From Bacillota bacterium (lineage in GTDB: Bacteria; Bacillota; Ch66; Ch109), in NCBI GenBank assembly GCA_050952625.1, contig JBMNLH010000002.1:64001-128000 (forward strand): a DNA stretch of 64,000 nucleotides. The letters run 5' to 3'. Of the stretch, positions 41,911 through 51,595 are shown one piece after another. A model generated the notes under the pieces. The model did no database searches and was not told where the DNA came from. It saw only the letters and a program-made list of their open reading frames with translations. The position numbers were made by a program, and so were the translations under genes. Each line of letters begins with the position of its first letter. Position 1 is the first letter of the stretch.

Positions 41911-42015
41911 ATCAAAAGACTCCCGCTTCTATAAGCGGGGTTACCTTGTTAAAACTTCAGGCGGAGTAAAGTCTCCATCTGCCACCTCGTTGTTCGGCCA
42001 AGCCGAACAAGTTTC
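41911..42015 (+). mobile_element. Family B palindromic element copy 3
   Basis: ATCAAAAGACTCCCGCTTCTATAAGCGGGGTTACCTTG...CTTCAGGCGGAGTAAAGTCTCCATCT...GTTCGGCCAAGCCGAAC. Confidence 0.65.
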
Positions 42016-42172
42016 TATCCCCACAATCCACAGCCAGTGGATAAGTCATTTATCCCCGGTTCAATAAATCACAAATCAAGTACAAAGTGCATGAATCCTA
42101 GTTATCAACAATTTTATCCACAATATCCACAGGTTTTTTTATCCACAACCTAACTAATCTGTTTTATCCAAC
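42015..42172. promoter_or_regulatory. DnaA-box cluster
   Basis: TTATCCACA at 42114 and 42139; one-mismatch boxes at 42036 (reverse), 42102 and 42123; further two-mismatch boxes at 42015, 42024, 42050 and 42164. Confidence 0.8.
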
Positions 42173-42313
42173 CCATGACCACAGTCTTAGCGTCCTGCTC
42201 AGAACGTCCCCAACCCTTTGATATAAAGGTATTTAATCATTTTATCCGACTATTTATCGGATTAAATGAAAGATAATCGCAAAACGAGTTCACTTTACTG
42301 ATATGCCATTGAT

Positions 42314-43345
42314 CTAATAAGCCGCCAACGCTAAATTAGGTACAGCATTTAAACTTAACGTGGCAAATTCCCCGCTTCGGTAACGGTAATAACCCGCTGT
42401 CGCGATCATGGCGGCATTGTCCGTACATAAATTGATTGACGGAAAATAAACCCGCGTCCCGGCGGGGAGACTCGCCGTCAACAGAGCTTCCCGCAACCGG
42501 GAATTAGCGGATACTCCACCAGCTAAGATGATCGTCTCAACCTTTTCCCGCCAAACCGCCTTAACAGTTTTATCCACTAAGACTTCAATCACTGCCTCCT
42601 GAAAACTGGCTGCTACATCGGCCGGAGACCATGGTTGCTCAGTCATCCGCTTCTGGTTGATGTAATTAAGCACTGCGGTTTTTAGCCCACTATAGCTAAA
42701 ATCCAGACTATCGCCGGGTAAACGAGCACGCGGAAAGTCAATCGCCGCCGGGTTTCCCTCTCGGGCTAGTTTTTCGATTAAAGGACCTCCCGGGTATCCT
42801 AGCCCCAGCACCCGGGCGATCTTATCAAACGCTTCACCCGCGGCATCATCCCGAGTCCGGCCTAAAACCCGGTATTTCCCATGTTCCTCCATGTACAGCA
42901 AATCAGTGTGCCCCCCGGAGACCACCAAAGCTGCTAAAGGGAAGGATAAATCCGAATACTCTAAGAAATTAGCGTAGATATGCCCCTCAAGATGGTTAAC
43001 CCCGATAAGGGGGATTCCCCGGGCATAAGCTAAGGCCTTAGCGGTAGAGACGCCGACTAAAAGGGCACCGACCAGGCCGGGTCCATAGGTCACCGCAATG
43101 GCCGAAAGGTCAGCAAAGCCTATTCCGGCTCGTTCCAAGGCCTCCTCAATGACCAGAGATAAGTTTTCCAGGTGTTGTCGCGAAGCGATTTCTGGTACCA
43201 CACCACCAAATTTCTGGTGAACGTCTATCTGGGAAGCAACGCAATTCGAGATAATCTGCCGGCCGTTAACCACCACTGCCGCCGCGGTATCATCACAGCT
43301 CGTCTCAATCCCCAAAATGACACAGTCTTTATCAGTTACACTCAT
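42314..43345 (-). CDS. tsaD: tRNA N6-adenosine threonylcarbamoyltransferase
   Basis: [51 protein letters not shown]. Confidence 0.97.
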   Translation of the reverse strand: MSVTDKDCVILGIETSCDDTAAAVVVNGRQIISNCVASQIDVHQKFGGVVPEIASRQHLENLSLVIEEALERAGIGFADLSAIAVTYGPGLVGALLVGVSTAKALAYARGIPLIGVNHLEGHIYANFLEYSDLSFPLAALVVSGGHTDLLYMEEHGKYRVLGRTRDDAAGEAFDKIARVLGLGYPGGPLIEKLAREGNPAAIDFPRARLPGDSLDFSYSGLKTAVLNYINQKRMTEQPWSPADVAASFQEAVIEVLVDKTVKAVWREKVETIILAGGVSANSRLREALLTASLPAGTRVYFPSINLCTDNAAMIATAGYYRYRSGEFATLSLNAVPNLALAAY

Positions 43346-43347
43346 CC

Positions 43348-43644
43348 TCAGTCCTCCGCCAACGGCCCTGTTTGGAATACAAGCCCTTGATCAATCTTGA
43401 ACAAACAGGATCTATAATTAAAAAGTATATAAGCCAAGGATATTGTAGCATAAATAGTCGAAATAATGCCATAATGATTCTGCGCAAGCACCTAATCCAT
43501 CAATGACTTCCACAAAAGATAAACTGAGATGATCAACATCCCCCGTACCACATTTTTTTGCAGCCGAGACTCCCAAGGCCAGTTGATCAACTCCAGAAAA
43601 ATGATGACGCTGCCGGCCACGATTAAAAGGTCAATGATAACCAC
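43348..43644 (-). pseudogene. Small membrane-protein gene with one in-frame TAG
   Basis: Frame (V)VIIDLLIVAGSVIIFLELINWPW...LLWKSLMD*VLAQNHYGIISTIYATISLAYILF...GPLAED* has three hydrophobic segments, TAG at 43492-43494, and ends 2 nt before tsaD. Confidence 0.5.
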
Positions 43645-43761
43645 CTCATTAGTAATTATCTATTCTATAAATTTCTCTATTCAGCCTAACTTATCAAAAT
43701 TTTCTTAAAAATTTAATCACCAGATGTATTAAAATGCCTTCACCAGGGTAATAATACTAAT

Positions 43762-43825
43762 GGGATTACCCTCCCTATAACTCTCTGAGAAAGCCCTCGG
43801 GAATGGCTCCCCTGGGGGTTTTCTT
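43762..43825 (+). ncRNA. Candidate small RNA with anti-Shine-Dalgarno motif and its own terminator
   Basis: ATTACCCTCCCT followed by a GU-containing hairpin and T tract (43789-43825); no ORF. Confidence 0.4.
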
Positions 43826-43862
43826 CTGTCCATTTTGCTCTGGTCAAAACCGGATTTTCTTC

Positions 43863-43890
43863 TTGTAAATCAAGTAAATGGTGCTATAAT
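43863..43890 (+). promoter_or_regulatory. sigmaA promoter of ferredoxin
   Basis: TTGTAA-N16-TATAAT with extended -10 TGn. Confidence 0.65.
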
Positions 43891-43932
43891 GTTTTAGTAT
43901 ATTACTAGAAATCAAACAGGGAGGGTAGTTCC

Positions 43933-44106
43933 ATGGCTTACAAAATCAACGATGACTGCATTTCCTGCGGTCTATGCGCAGATGAATGTCCGGCGGAAGC
44001 CATCAGCGAAGGGGACGATAAATATATTATCGACCCTGAAACATGTACTGATTGTGGATCTTGCGCTGATGTTTGTCCGGTTAGTGCCCCAGAAGCCCAA
44101 GAATAA
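43933..44106 (+). CDS. fdx: Clostridial-type 2[4Fe-4S] ferredoxin (57 aa)
   Basis: Manual translation MAYKINDDCISCGLCADECPAEAISEGDDKYIIDPETCTDCGSCADVCPVSAPEAQE with two CxxCxxCxxxCP motifs; GGAGG RBS; absent from the ORF track. Confidence 0.97.
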   Translation: MAYKINDDCISCGLCADECPAEAISEGDDKYIIDPETCTDCGSCADVCPVSAPEAQE

Positions 44107-44123
44107 TAATGAGCGCAATAGTT

Positions 44124-44147
44124 AAACCCTCCAATCTGGAGGGTTTT
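44124..44147 (+). terminator. Ferredoxin terminator
   Basis: AAACCCTCCA-atc-TGGAGGGTTTT. Confidence 0.85.
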
Positions 44148-44577
44148 GCTGTTATATTGTTCGAACAAACCCTTAGCATCACTTATTTCATCTCTGATTG
44201 TATCACCAACATTTGACATTATTATTGCAAAACCACCGGGATCAACTCTTTCAGGATTCGCACAAAAATGCCAAAAACCTGAAAGCCGCTTTTCTGTAAT
44301 GTCGATTTTTTGACTAGCTAATTGATGGCGGATGATTTATCGACAGTAGGCACACAAATGAGATGTAATATGAGTTCCCGGGCCTTCCTCTATCGCTGGA
44401 ATATTTCGGCGGCAGGAAAGGCACACCCTCTGAACTGGTCCTGGCGGTATTGGTGAGATCAATGTTTGATCGATAACTATCGGCTGAATGTTTCGGTGCA
44501 TAGCTGGACCTCGCCTCGTTATTGCTAATAATCAAATAGGCTCCAGTTATAGTGTGATCACTGCTCGCCGGTTCCAT

Positions 44578-44667
44578 ACTGTTTTTAAACGGTCAGCGAT
44601 GGCAATTTACAGCATAATGTTGCCGTTCCCAGCTTAGCTTAGCCGGCTGACCGAGAAAAACACGGGC
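44578..44667 (+). repeat. Family A hairpin element, degenerate copy
   Basis: GTTTTTAAACGGTCAGCGATGGCAATTTACA...GTTCCCAGCTTAGCTTAGCCGGCTGACCGAGAAAAACAC. Confidence 0.8.
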
Positions 44668-44686
44668 GAGCCATCAACTGCACCAG

Positions 44687-45163
44687 TTACGAATGTCCTA
44701 CCGCACTAGGGATTGTTAAATACTTCCACATAATGATTGCTTCTTCACCAGTATCTGAATAGTATCCCCGCCGGATTCCCGCCGGAATAAAACCGAGTTT
44801 ATTATACAAACGCAACGCTGCTCGGTTTGACGGCCGCACTTCCAGAGTTACTCCCATAGCCTGATACTGTCTAGCCAGACCGATCAGTTCTTCCAACAGC
44901 TTCTCTCCAGCCCCAAGACACCGGTAATCTGGATGAATAGCTATATTAGTGATGTGCCCTTCATCAACGATTAGCCACATCCCCCCATAGCCAATCAATT
45001 TACCTTGCCAGCGAACTATCCGGTAGATAGAAGTCTCATTTTCTAATTCAGCTAAATAAGATTCCCTGGACCAAGGGGTAGGAAAAGAAACCTTTTCAAT
45101 TTCCATGACTTCGTCAAGGTCTTCTTCCACCATTGGCCTAATTTCTAATTGCACCCTCCGCAC
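44687..45163 (-). CDS. rimI: Ribosomal-protein-alanine N-acetyltransferase
   Basis: IEK.SF.TPWS, EGHITNIAI, TLEVRPSN, RRGYY.D.GE.A.IM. Confidence 0.92.
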   Translation of the reverse strand: MRRVQLEIRPMVEEDLDEVMEIEKVSFPTPWSRESYLAELENETSIYRIVRWQGKLIGYGGMWLIVDEGHITNIAIHPDYRCLGAGEKLLEELIGLARQYQAMGVTLEVRPSNRAALRLYNKLGFIPAGIRRGYYSDTGEEAIIMWKYLTIPSAVGHS

Positions 45164-45957
45164 CTTCCCTTCAATTTAAGTTCAGCTTCAGATGCTCTAA
45201 CATAAATGGGACGAACAAGTCGATAATCGTCTGCTTGGCCATGCTGCAAGGCTTTCAGGCCTAAGAAAGCAACTTGAGCTGCTCTCAGCCAGTTCTGCCC
45301 GGGTAAGGCCCGATTGGCTTGTTTCCCCAATCCTTGCTGTATTTCCTCCCAATAAACCGGTACCGCATCTCCTAAAAAAGTAATCGGCTGAACTGCCGGC
45401 ATGGCGGTTGGCCACCACTGGTTAATCCTTTGGACAATAGATTCATCGCTCCTTGGATAAACCTCTAAACTAGACTCAAGCAAGGGCCAGGTTCCTGTTT
45501 TCACCCAGTCGATCAACCTGGCCGGAGTAACGGCTACATAGTTTGATAGCCGAATTACGCGGTCAGCTGCGGGTGAGATATATAAAGCAGTATAAACCTC
45601 TCCTTTACGAGCATCAAGGATCGGACAAATTACCCCTGATCCAGCCAGGTTTAAAGCTAAGGCATCTAGGGTTGGAATCCCAATGAAGGCCTTGCCAGTG
45701 GCCTGGGCCAGACCTTTGGCGGTGGCCATCCCGATCCGCAATCCAGTAAAAGAGCCTGGTCCGTTCGTCACGGCTATCCCGTCAATATCCGCTAGGGAAA
45801 GCTCAGCTTCTCTCATCCACCAGTCAATCAAAGGAAGCAGGCGCTCCGAATGAGTTCGTCGGGTCTGCAAAAATCCCTCCACCACAACCCGTTGTTCATC
45901 TACTATGGCCATACCGGCCACCAGAGTAGCACTATCTATGCCCAATACTCGCACCAA
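45145..45957 (-). CDS. tsaB: t6A biosynthesis protein TsaB
   Basis: LGIDSAT, HSERLLP, GPGSFTGLRIG, DARKGEVY, P.Y.R.SEAE. Start set to TTG 45957. Confidence 0.93.
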   Translation of the reverse strand: MVRVLGIDSATLVAGMAIVDEQRVVVEGFLQTRRTHSERLLPLIDWWMREAELSLADIDGIAVTNGPGSFTGLRIGMATAKGLAQATGKAFIGIPTLDALALNLAGSGVICPILDARKGEVYTALYISPAADRVIRLSNYVAVTPARLIDWVKTGTWPLLESSLEVYPRSDESIVQRINQWWPTAMPAVQPITFLGDAVPVYWEEIQQGLGKQANRALPGQNWLRAAQVAFLGLKALQHGQADDYRLVRPIYVRASEAELKLKGRCGGCN

Positions 45958-45958
45958 A

Positions 45959-46438
45959 TCATCCTTTCTGATTGACCAGTATTCGTTGGAGCAGCTTATT
46001 GCCCATTTCACCGATTCCTTCCAACCGGATACGCCGGGCTTCTTCCGTTCCCGGCCATACTTTTTCCAAAGATATCTTTAAGTAATTAGCCGGCAATTGA
46101 TTCTCCAGCTTTTCGGCCCATTCCACGACTGAGGCCCCATCACCATAAAGAAATTCCTCCCACCCTAACTGCTCCAATTCCCAAGAATCTTCCAGCCGGT
46201 AGAGATCCAGGTGGTATAGAATAATCCGGCCTAAATACTGATTGATTAAAGTAAAAGTCGGACTGTCAATCAGTTCCTTTACTCCTAAACCTCGGCCAAT
46301 TCCCTGGGTTAAAACTGTCTTGCCGGTCCCTAGATCACCATATAGACAGATAATATCGCCCGGTTCCAAAACTTCGCCAATAGCCTGTCCCAAGCTAAAG
46401 GTCTCTGCCGACCGCTTTGTCCAGATTTCATAAGCCAA
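45959..46438 (-). CDS. tsaE: t6A biosynthesis ATPase TsaE
   Basis: GDLGTGKT, SPTFTL, YHLDLYRL, VEWA. Confidence 0.95.
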   Translation of the reverse strand: MAYEIWTKRSAETFSLGQAIGEVLEPGDIICLYGDLGTGKTVLTQGIGRGLGVKELIDSPTFTLINQYLGRIILYHLDLYRLEDSWELEQLGWEEFLYGDGASVVEWAEKLENQLPANYLKISLEKVWPGTEEARRIRLEGIGEMGNKLLQRILVNQKG

Positions 46439-46756
46439 TTAAAACACCATCTCTCATCCAACATTAAATTCTTGTAAATGTAATCATAACAATTATTAGC
46501 CGCCGGCGTCAAAAATCCCTTTTCAATCAAGAACTTTTGCCGTTAACATTTAATATCATCAATTTAATGTTGCCTTTTATTATGTCATCCGTTTTCCGTC
46601 TTACATCTTACGTCTGGATAAAGCTTATCCAAAACTTTGCTTTCTGTATACACTGATAAATTGATTCGCTGAATAAGCTCCTTGTCCTTCCCTATTTCAT
46701 TAAATTAGTTAAGATTATATATATTAGATAAGTCAAAGAACCCTGGCTTTTTAATG

Positions 46757-46785
46757 TTGACAGGTTAGCAAGACAATGTTAATAT
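46757..46785 (+). promoter_or_regulatory. sigmaA promoter of perR
   Basis: TTGACA-N17-TAATAT with extended -10 TGn. Confidence 0.7.
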
Positions 46786-46855
46786 GGTTTAGGCACTTTT
46801 CTATATTTTTATAAATGTCAATTATTAATAATCTCATAAAAGGAACGATGCAACC

Positions 46856-47311
46856 ATGAAACATCTCGAGCCATATATTAATCGACTAAAAAACTATGGT
46901 TACAAGGTGACACATCAAAGATTAGTTGTCTTGGACTATCTTCAGCACTCTCAGGAACATCCCAGTGCCGAAACAATTTACAATGATCTAAAAGAAAGAT
47001 ACCCAACCATAAGTTTAGCCACCATTTACAACACTTTGGAAATGCTAACCCGGGTAGGTCTGGTGTTAGATTTGGGGGCACCTGAAGAGCGCCGACGTTT
47101 TGACGGCAATACTAGTGATCACTCTCATTTTTTCTGCACTAATTGCGGAAAAATCGAAGATATGGTTGTGCCTGGAGTGGAAAAAGTAATGAACAAAGTA
47201 AAACAAGACACCTCTCGTCAAATCGATCGGTGTCGTCTAGACTTCTTTGGTCAATGTGCTGTCTGTCAGTCCGAGAATAATAATCATTCCGACAAACAAC
47301 GCCCAGATTAA
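46856..47311 (+). CDS. perR: Fur-family regulator, PerR-like
   Basis: HPSAE.IY, ISLATIYNTL, RFDGN...HSHF.CxxCG.IED, CxxC. Confidence 0.82.
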   Translation: MKHLEPYINRLKNYGYKVTHQRLVVLDYLQHSQEHPSAETIYNDLKERYPTISLATIYNTLEMLTRVGLVLDLGAPEERRRFDGNTSDHSHFFCTNCGKIEDMVVPGVEKVMNKVKQDTSRQIDRCRLDFFGQCAVCQSENNNHSDKQRPD

Positions 47312-47407
47312 ATCTGGGCTCACTTATTTGTCCGGTTCATTTTATACAGCAATAAGCTAAAGGAGAATATCGTTACGCTTGTCCAATTTTTCAGGTTTAT
47401 ATCTGGG

Positions 47408-47602
47408 TTAATTAAGCCATTTACTAGAACTTACACCGGTATTTTGCAGATTGTATAATGGAATGTGCAACAACTGCTCAGGGTCGATCATCGCCAGGAT
47501 TACCATAGTTTCATCACTATCCGCTTTTTGATAAAAACCAACCACACAGAATAAAACTACCTGCTCTTCTAACTGAAGCCCAACAATATCTCCTCTTTCC
47601 AT
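47408..47602 (-). CDS. Small hypothetical protein, possibly sporulation-related
   Basis: 64-aa ORF with GGGAGGGAG RBS; upstream AACC-N16-CATATGCTA resembles a sigmaK promoter. Confidence 0.65.
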   Translation of the reverse strand: MERGDIVGLQLEEQVVLFCVVGFYQKADSDETMVILAMIDPEQLLHIPLYNLQNTGVSSSKWLN

Positions 47603-47664
47603 GCAGCTCCCTCCCTTGGATGCTTTAGCATATGCGTTCAGTTATGTTCAGGTTACTCAAGAGG

Positions 47665-48822
47665 TTATGGCCAGACCAAGTTGCCATTAACCAATACCAT
47701 CTCAACCCGGGAACGAACATCCAGGATTGAACCGGAAAGTATGAGGAGATCCGCGTCTTTACCGGGGGCTAAACTGCCTACTCTTTCCGATACGCCCAAA
47801 ATTTCAGCCGGATTAATGGTCACTGCTTTCAGGGCATCTGTCTCAGACATCCCCTCTTTAACGGCTAAGGCAGCACACAAGGAAAGGTATTCAATCGGGA
47901 TAACCGGGTGGTCCGTCATCAAGGCGACTTTGATCCCGGCTCGCGCCAGAATACCCGGGGTTTGAAACGTCTTATCTTTCAACTCTACCTTGGACCGGCT
48001 GCTCAGACTGGGCCCGACAACGACCGGCACTTTCCGACGCAATAATTCTTCTACGATTTTATGGGCCTCGGTGCCGTGTTCAATCACCATATCAAGACCA
48101 AATTCTTCACCAATCCGCAAAGCAGTCATAATATCATCCGCCCGATGGGCATGCACCTTGACCGGAACATCCTGATTTAAAGCCCGTAACACTGCTTCCA
48201 GCTTCAAATCCCGTTCCGGCACCTCATCCGGCTTTTGGCTTAGGTGTTTTAGCTTATCTCGGTAATTCTGGGCCGCGACCAGGGTCTGCCGTAATAAAGC
48301 CGCTGTTGCCATACGGGTCATGGGCATCTTTTGTTTCTGACCATAACACTTTTTGGGGTTTTCACCCAGAGCTACCTTCAGTCCGGCTGGCTGCCGAAAC
48401 ACCATCTCGTCAACGGTTCGACCCCAGGTTTTCATAACAACCGTTTCACCACCGATCACGTTACCGCTGCCGGGACCGGTTCCGACTGTCGTCACGCCAC
48501 CCCTAATCGCATCCCGAAAAGCTAAATCTTCCGGATTTATCGCGTCTAGGGCGCGTAAATGAGGAGTAATCGGATCACTAAACTCATTTAGATCGTCTCC
48601 CTCCTCTTGATAAATTTCCTCGCAAATTCCGATATGACTATGGGCCTCAATCAGACCGGGCATTACCACCCGACCTTCCACCGGGTATACCTCTGCCTCT
48701 GCCGGTATTGCCAGATGTTCCCCCACCGCCAAGATAATTCCGTCCTTAATCAGCACTATTCCCGGATCATAGACCGGCCCAGCCATGGTTAGTACCTTTC
48801 CTCCGATCAATGCCCTGATCAT
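47665..48822 (-). CDS. Metal-dependent amidohydrolase
   Basis: PGLIEAHSH, ALGENPK, HAHRADD, EHGTE, TDHP, GKDAD. Start set to ATG 48822. Confidence 0.9.
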   Translation of the reverse strand: MIRALIGGKVLTMAGPVYDPGIVLIKDGIILAVGEHLAIPAEAEVYPVEGRVVMPGLIEAHSHIGICEEIYQEEGDDLNEFSDPITPHLRALDAINPEDLAFRDAIRGGVTTVGTGPGSGNVIGGETVVMKTWGRTVDEMVFRQPAGLKVALGENPKKCYGQKQKMPMTRMATAALLRQTLVAAQNYRDKLKHLSQKPDEVPERDLKLEAVLRALNQDVPVKVHAHRADDIMTALRIGEEFGLDMVIEHGTEAHKIVEELLRRKVPVVVGPSLSSRSKVELKDKTFQTPGILARAGIKVALMTDHPVIPIEYLSLCAALAVKEGMSETDALKAVTINPAEILGVSERVGSLAPGKDADLLILSGSILDVRSRVEMVLVNGNLVWP

Positions 48823-48841
48823 TTCTACCCTTTTACCCCTT

Positions 48842-49582
48842 TCACTCTCTGGACTTTGCAGCCGCCTCAATCAGTGTCCGAAACAACCCCAAAAAACGGG
48901 CATCCCTCTGCCAAAGATCCTCTGGATGCCACTGCACGCCAATAATAAAATGTTCCCCCTCCGCTTCGATGGCCTCTATGACGCCGTCCGGTGCCCAGGC
49001 GGAAACGATAAACCCCGCGGCCGCCTGCCGGACCGCCTGGTGGTGCAGGCTGTTAACCCGAAAGGATAAAGGTGCAGAAGAGACTAAATTTGCTTCCAGG
49101 TCTAAGGCCTGGGCCAATCGACTCCCGGGAACTGCTTCAACTGAATGAAACGGATAATTGCGGGGTGCGTTTTGCCGGTGGTTAATTACCCCAGCCCGCT
49201 GGCTGGCCAGATCTTGATAAAGATCGCCGCCGGCAGCGGCGTTGATCATTTGCATTCCTCGGCAAATGCCGAGCAAAGGGATTTTCTGTTGCAGAGCCAA
49301 TCGGATTAAGTCAAGTTCCAAACGATCACGTTCATAACAAACTTCCCCCAAAGCTGGATGGGGTAATTCCCCTAAAAAAAAGGGATCAATATCCCCGCCA
49401 CCTGAAAGAATTAATCCATCGACAATATTTAAATAATCTGCTGCTGGTACTAACTCGGGAACTATCGGAATCAGGACCGGGAGCCCGCCGGCTGCGGCCA
49501 CCGGCCTGATATAGGCCTGACGAAGATAATTATAATCTTCCTTAAAGTTAAACGCACAGGTTATCCCAATCCGCGGCAACAA
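48842..49582 (-). CDS. Peptidase C26 / gamma-glutamyl-gamma-aminobutyrate hydrolase family (class I glutamine amidotransferase-like)
   Basis: LSGGGDIDP, GICRGMQ, VNSLHHQAV, GVQWHPE. Confidence 0.92.
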   Translation of the reverse strand: MLPRIGITCAFNFKEDYNYLRQAYIRPVAAAGGLPVLIPIVPELVPAADYLNIVDGLILSGGGDIDPFFLGELPHPALGEVCYERDRLELDLIRLALQQKIPLLGICRGMQMINAAAGGDLYQDLASQRAGVINHRQNAPRNYPFHSVEAVPGSRLAQALDLEANLVSSAPLSFRVNSLHHQAVRQAAAGFIVSAWAPDGVIEAIEAEGEHFIIGVQWHPEDLWQRDARFLGLFRTLIEAAAKSRE

Positions 49583-49803
49583 ACCACCCCCGGGATACGG
49601 GGACAGGGTTACTGTCCCGATTTTTCAATTATCTTAGTCTGATTTTGACCTTTTAGGTTTGTTTATTAACTGCCATACCGGTCAGGCATGACATTGCCAG
49701 CGTATTTTCTTACAAATATAAAAAACAACTTTATAAAAAAACAGCTAGGATATATTTCGCCAATGACTGTCTATAGCCAAATTTTCGTATGGATAATGTT
49801 CCT

Positions 49804-50154
49804 CTAAATATTAACTAAGCCCAAACTTATCTCCAGAGCCTGGTTTACTTTGAGCAAGCTCTCTTCGTCCAGGAGGGCCACTTTATGCTTCAACCGTTTT
49901 TTGTCAATGGTCCGCACCTGTTCCGCTAAAATTACAGAATCCCGCTCTAAGCCGCTCTTATCTGCCTTAATTTCTACGTGCGTTGGCAATTTGCCCTTAC
50001 TTATCTGCGAAGTAATGGCGACCACAATTGTTGTTGGGCTGTATTGATTGCCGATATCATTTTGGACTACTAGAACCGGTCTAGTCCCGCCTTGTTCCGA
50101 ACCGATAACTGGACTCAACTCGGCGTAATAGATCTCGCCTCGTTTTACCGACAT
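49804..50154 (-). CDS. ndoA: MazF/PemK-family endoribonuclease toxin (EndoA)
   Basis: [35 protein letters not shown]; conserved position after alr. Confidence 0.95.
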   Translation of the reverse strand: MSVKRGEIYYAELSPVIGSEQGGTRPVLVVQNDIGNQYSPTTIVVAITSQISKGKLPTHVEIKADKSGLERDSVILAEQVRTIDKKRLKHKVALLDEESLLKVNQALEISLGLVNI

Positions 50155-50160
50155 ATTTGC

Positions 50161-50430
50161 TCACTCCGCTAGCTTTATCTCCGAGGACCAACTCAGTTCC
50201 GAATCTGCTGCCACATCCTCCAAGGCTAACCTAAGATTAATCTGGGCCATCTCCAGATAACCACGTTTCATTTGTTCTCTAAGGATTCGCCTCTTTCGCT
50301 CCGTTAAATATAAGAGCATAGCTTCACGAATCAACTCACTGCGATTACTTTTTTCCTGAGACAAAATTCCGTCAATCTCTGCCAGAAGATTTTCCGGGAT
50401 GGTTATCATTATCCGTTTTAACACTGGCAA
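50161..50430 (-). CDS. ndoAI: CopG/RHH antitoxin (EndoAI)
   Basis: KRIMITIP..LL.E.D, NRSELIREAM, M.RGY.EMA.INL. Start set to TTG 50430 after GGGAGG. Confidence 0.9.
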   Translation of the reverse strand: MPVLKRIMITIPENLLAEIDGILSQEKSNRSELIREAMLLYLTERKRRILREQMKRGYLEMAQINLRLALEDVAADSELSWSSEIKLAE

Positions 50431-50464
50431 AAGAGGCACCTCCCAAGGTAATAGTCTAAGGATA

Positions 50465-51589
50465 TTATGGCTGCAAGAATATTTTTGGCAGTCTCGACCC
50501 AATCCGGGTGACAATCTCATAATTAATGGTTCCGGTCTTTTCCCCAATCTCTTCAGCGGTAATAGTCTGATTACCCTGTCGCCCCAGGATAACTACCTCA
50601 TCACCAACCTGAACCCCGGGAATATGACCAACATCCACCATAAACTGATCCATCGTTATTATTCCGACAACTGGAGCTCGCTGACCGTGAACCAGAACCT
50701 CTCCTCGATTAGATAAAACACGGGGATAACCGTCAGCATAACCCAAAGCCAAACTGGCGATTCGGGTAGGTCCGGAGGTAATGTAGGTTCGACCATAACT
50801 AATCGCGGTTTCCCCCAAAACCTCTTTGACCTGGGTTATCCGAGCCTTAAGTGACAAAGCGGGCCGCAAAGCAACCCGATCCTTCTGTACTTCATCTGAA
50901 GGATAAAGACCATAAATCGAGATCCCAGGCCGCACCAGGTCCAAATGGCTTTCCGGCAAATCAATCACTGCGGCACTATTAGCGATATGATGAATCGGAA
51001 TTATTAGACCTTCCGCCTCTAATTGCTTTACCACTCGATTAAACCGGGTGAGTTGTTCTTGAGCATATTCTTTATCACTGGCGTCAGCAGTCGAAAAATG
51101 GGAAAAGATACCCTCAATCTCCAGCCCTGGCAAATCTCGAATACGCAGAATCTCTCTTATAGATTCCTCTTCTATCCTAAAACCTATACGTCCCATGCCC
51201 GTATCAATTTTTAGATGAATTCGAGCCGGTTTACCCAACCGCTGCGCCGCTTGAGACAAAGCTTGAGCTAGGGAGAAACTAAAAACAGTCTGTCGGATAT
51301 TCGATTCAACGATCGCTTCCGCCTGTTCCTCCGGAACGTAGCCCAGAATTAGGATTGGAGCAGTTATGCCACTCTTTCTCAGGACTAAAGCTTCATCAAG
51401 CAGGGCAACTCCAAGCCAATTAGCCCCGTTAGCCAGGGCCGTTTGGCTGATCTCCACAGCCCCGTGACCATAGGCATTGGCTTTGACTACGGCCATAAAA
51501 CTGGCTTTTGGTTGAACTAGTCGACGTAGTTCCTGGACGTTATGCGCGATAGCCCCCAGGTCAATTTCGGTCCAGGCCACCCTTCGCAT
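50465..51589 (-). CDS. alr: Alanine racemase
   Basis: VVKANAYGHG, KIDTGMGR.G, VRPGI..YG, GYADG, TINYE. Confidence 0.97.
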   Translation of the reverse strand: MRRVAWTEIDLGAIAHNVQELRRLVQPKASFMAVVKANAYGHGAVEISQTALANGANWLGVALLDEALVLRKSGITAPILILGYVPEEQAEAIVESNIRQTVFSFSLAQALSQAAQRLGKPARIHLKIDTGMGRIGFRIEEESIREILRIRDLPGLEIEGIFSHFSTADASDKEYAQEQLTRFNRVVKQLEAEGLIIPIHHIANSAAVIDLPESHLDLVRPGISIYGLYPSDEVQKDRVALRPALSLKARITQVKEVLGETAISYGRTYITSGPTRIASLALGYADGYPRVLSNRGEVLVHGQRAPVVGIITMDQFMVDVGHIPGVQVGDEVVILGRQGNQTITAEEIGEKTGTINYEIVTRIGSRLPKIFLQP

Positions 51590-51595
51590 TATCTA

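Noticed and set aside
42015-42300. Calling the DnaA-box cluster oriC
   Set aside because: No dnaA, dnaN or gidA context, no convincing DnaA-trio run, and no switch in gene orientation.
43938-44219. 93-aa minus-strand ORF from the track
   Set aside because: Antisense shadow of the ferredoxin on the plus strand.
44314-44577. 87-aa minus-strand ORF
   Set aside because: No RBS or motif, starts at the edge of a repeat element, and no convincing protein in any frame.
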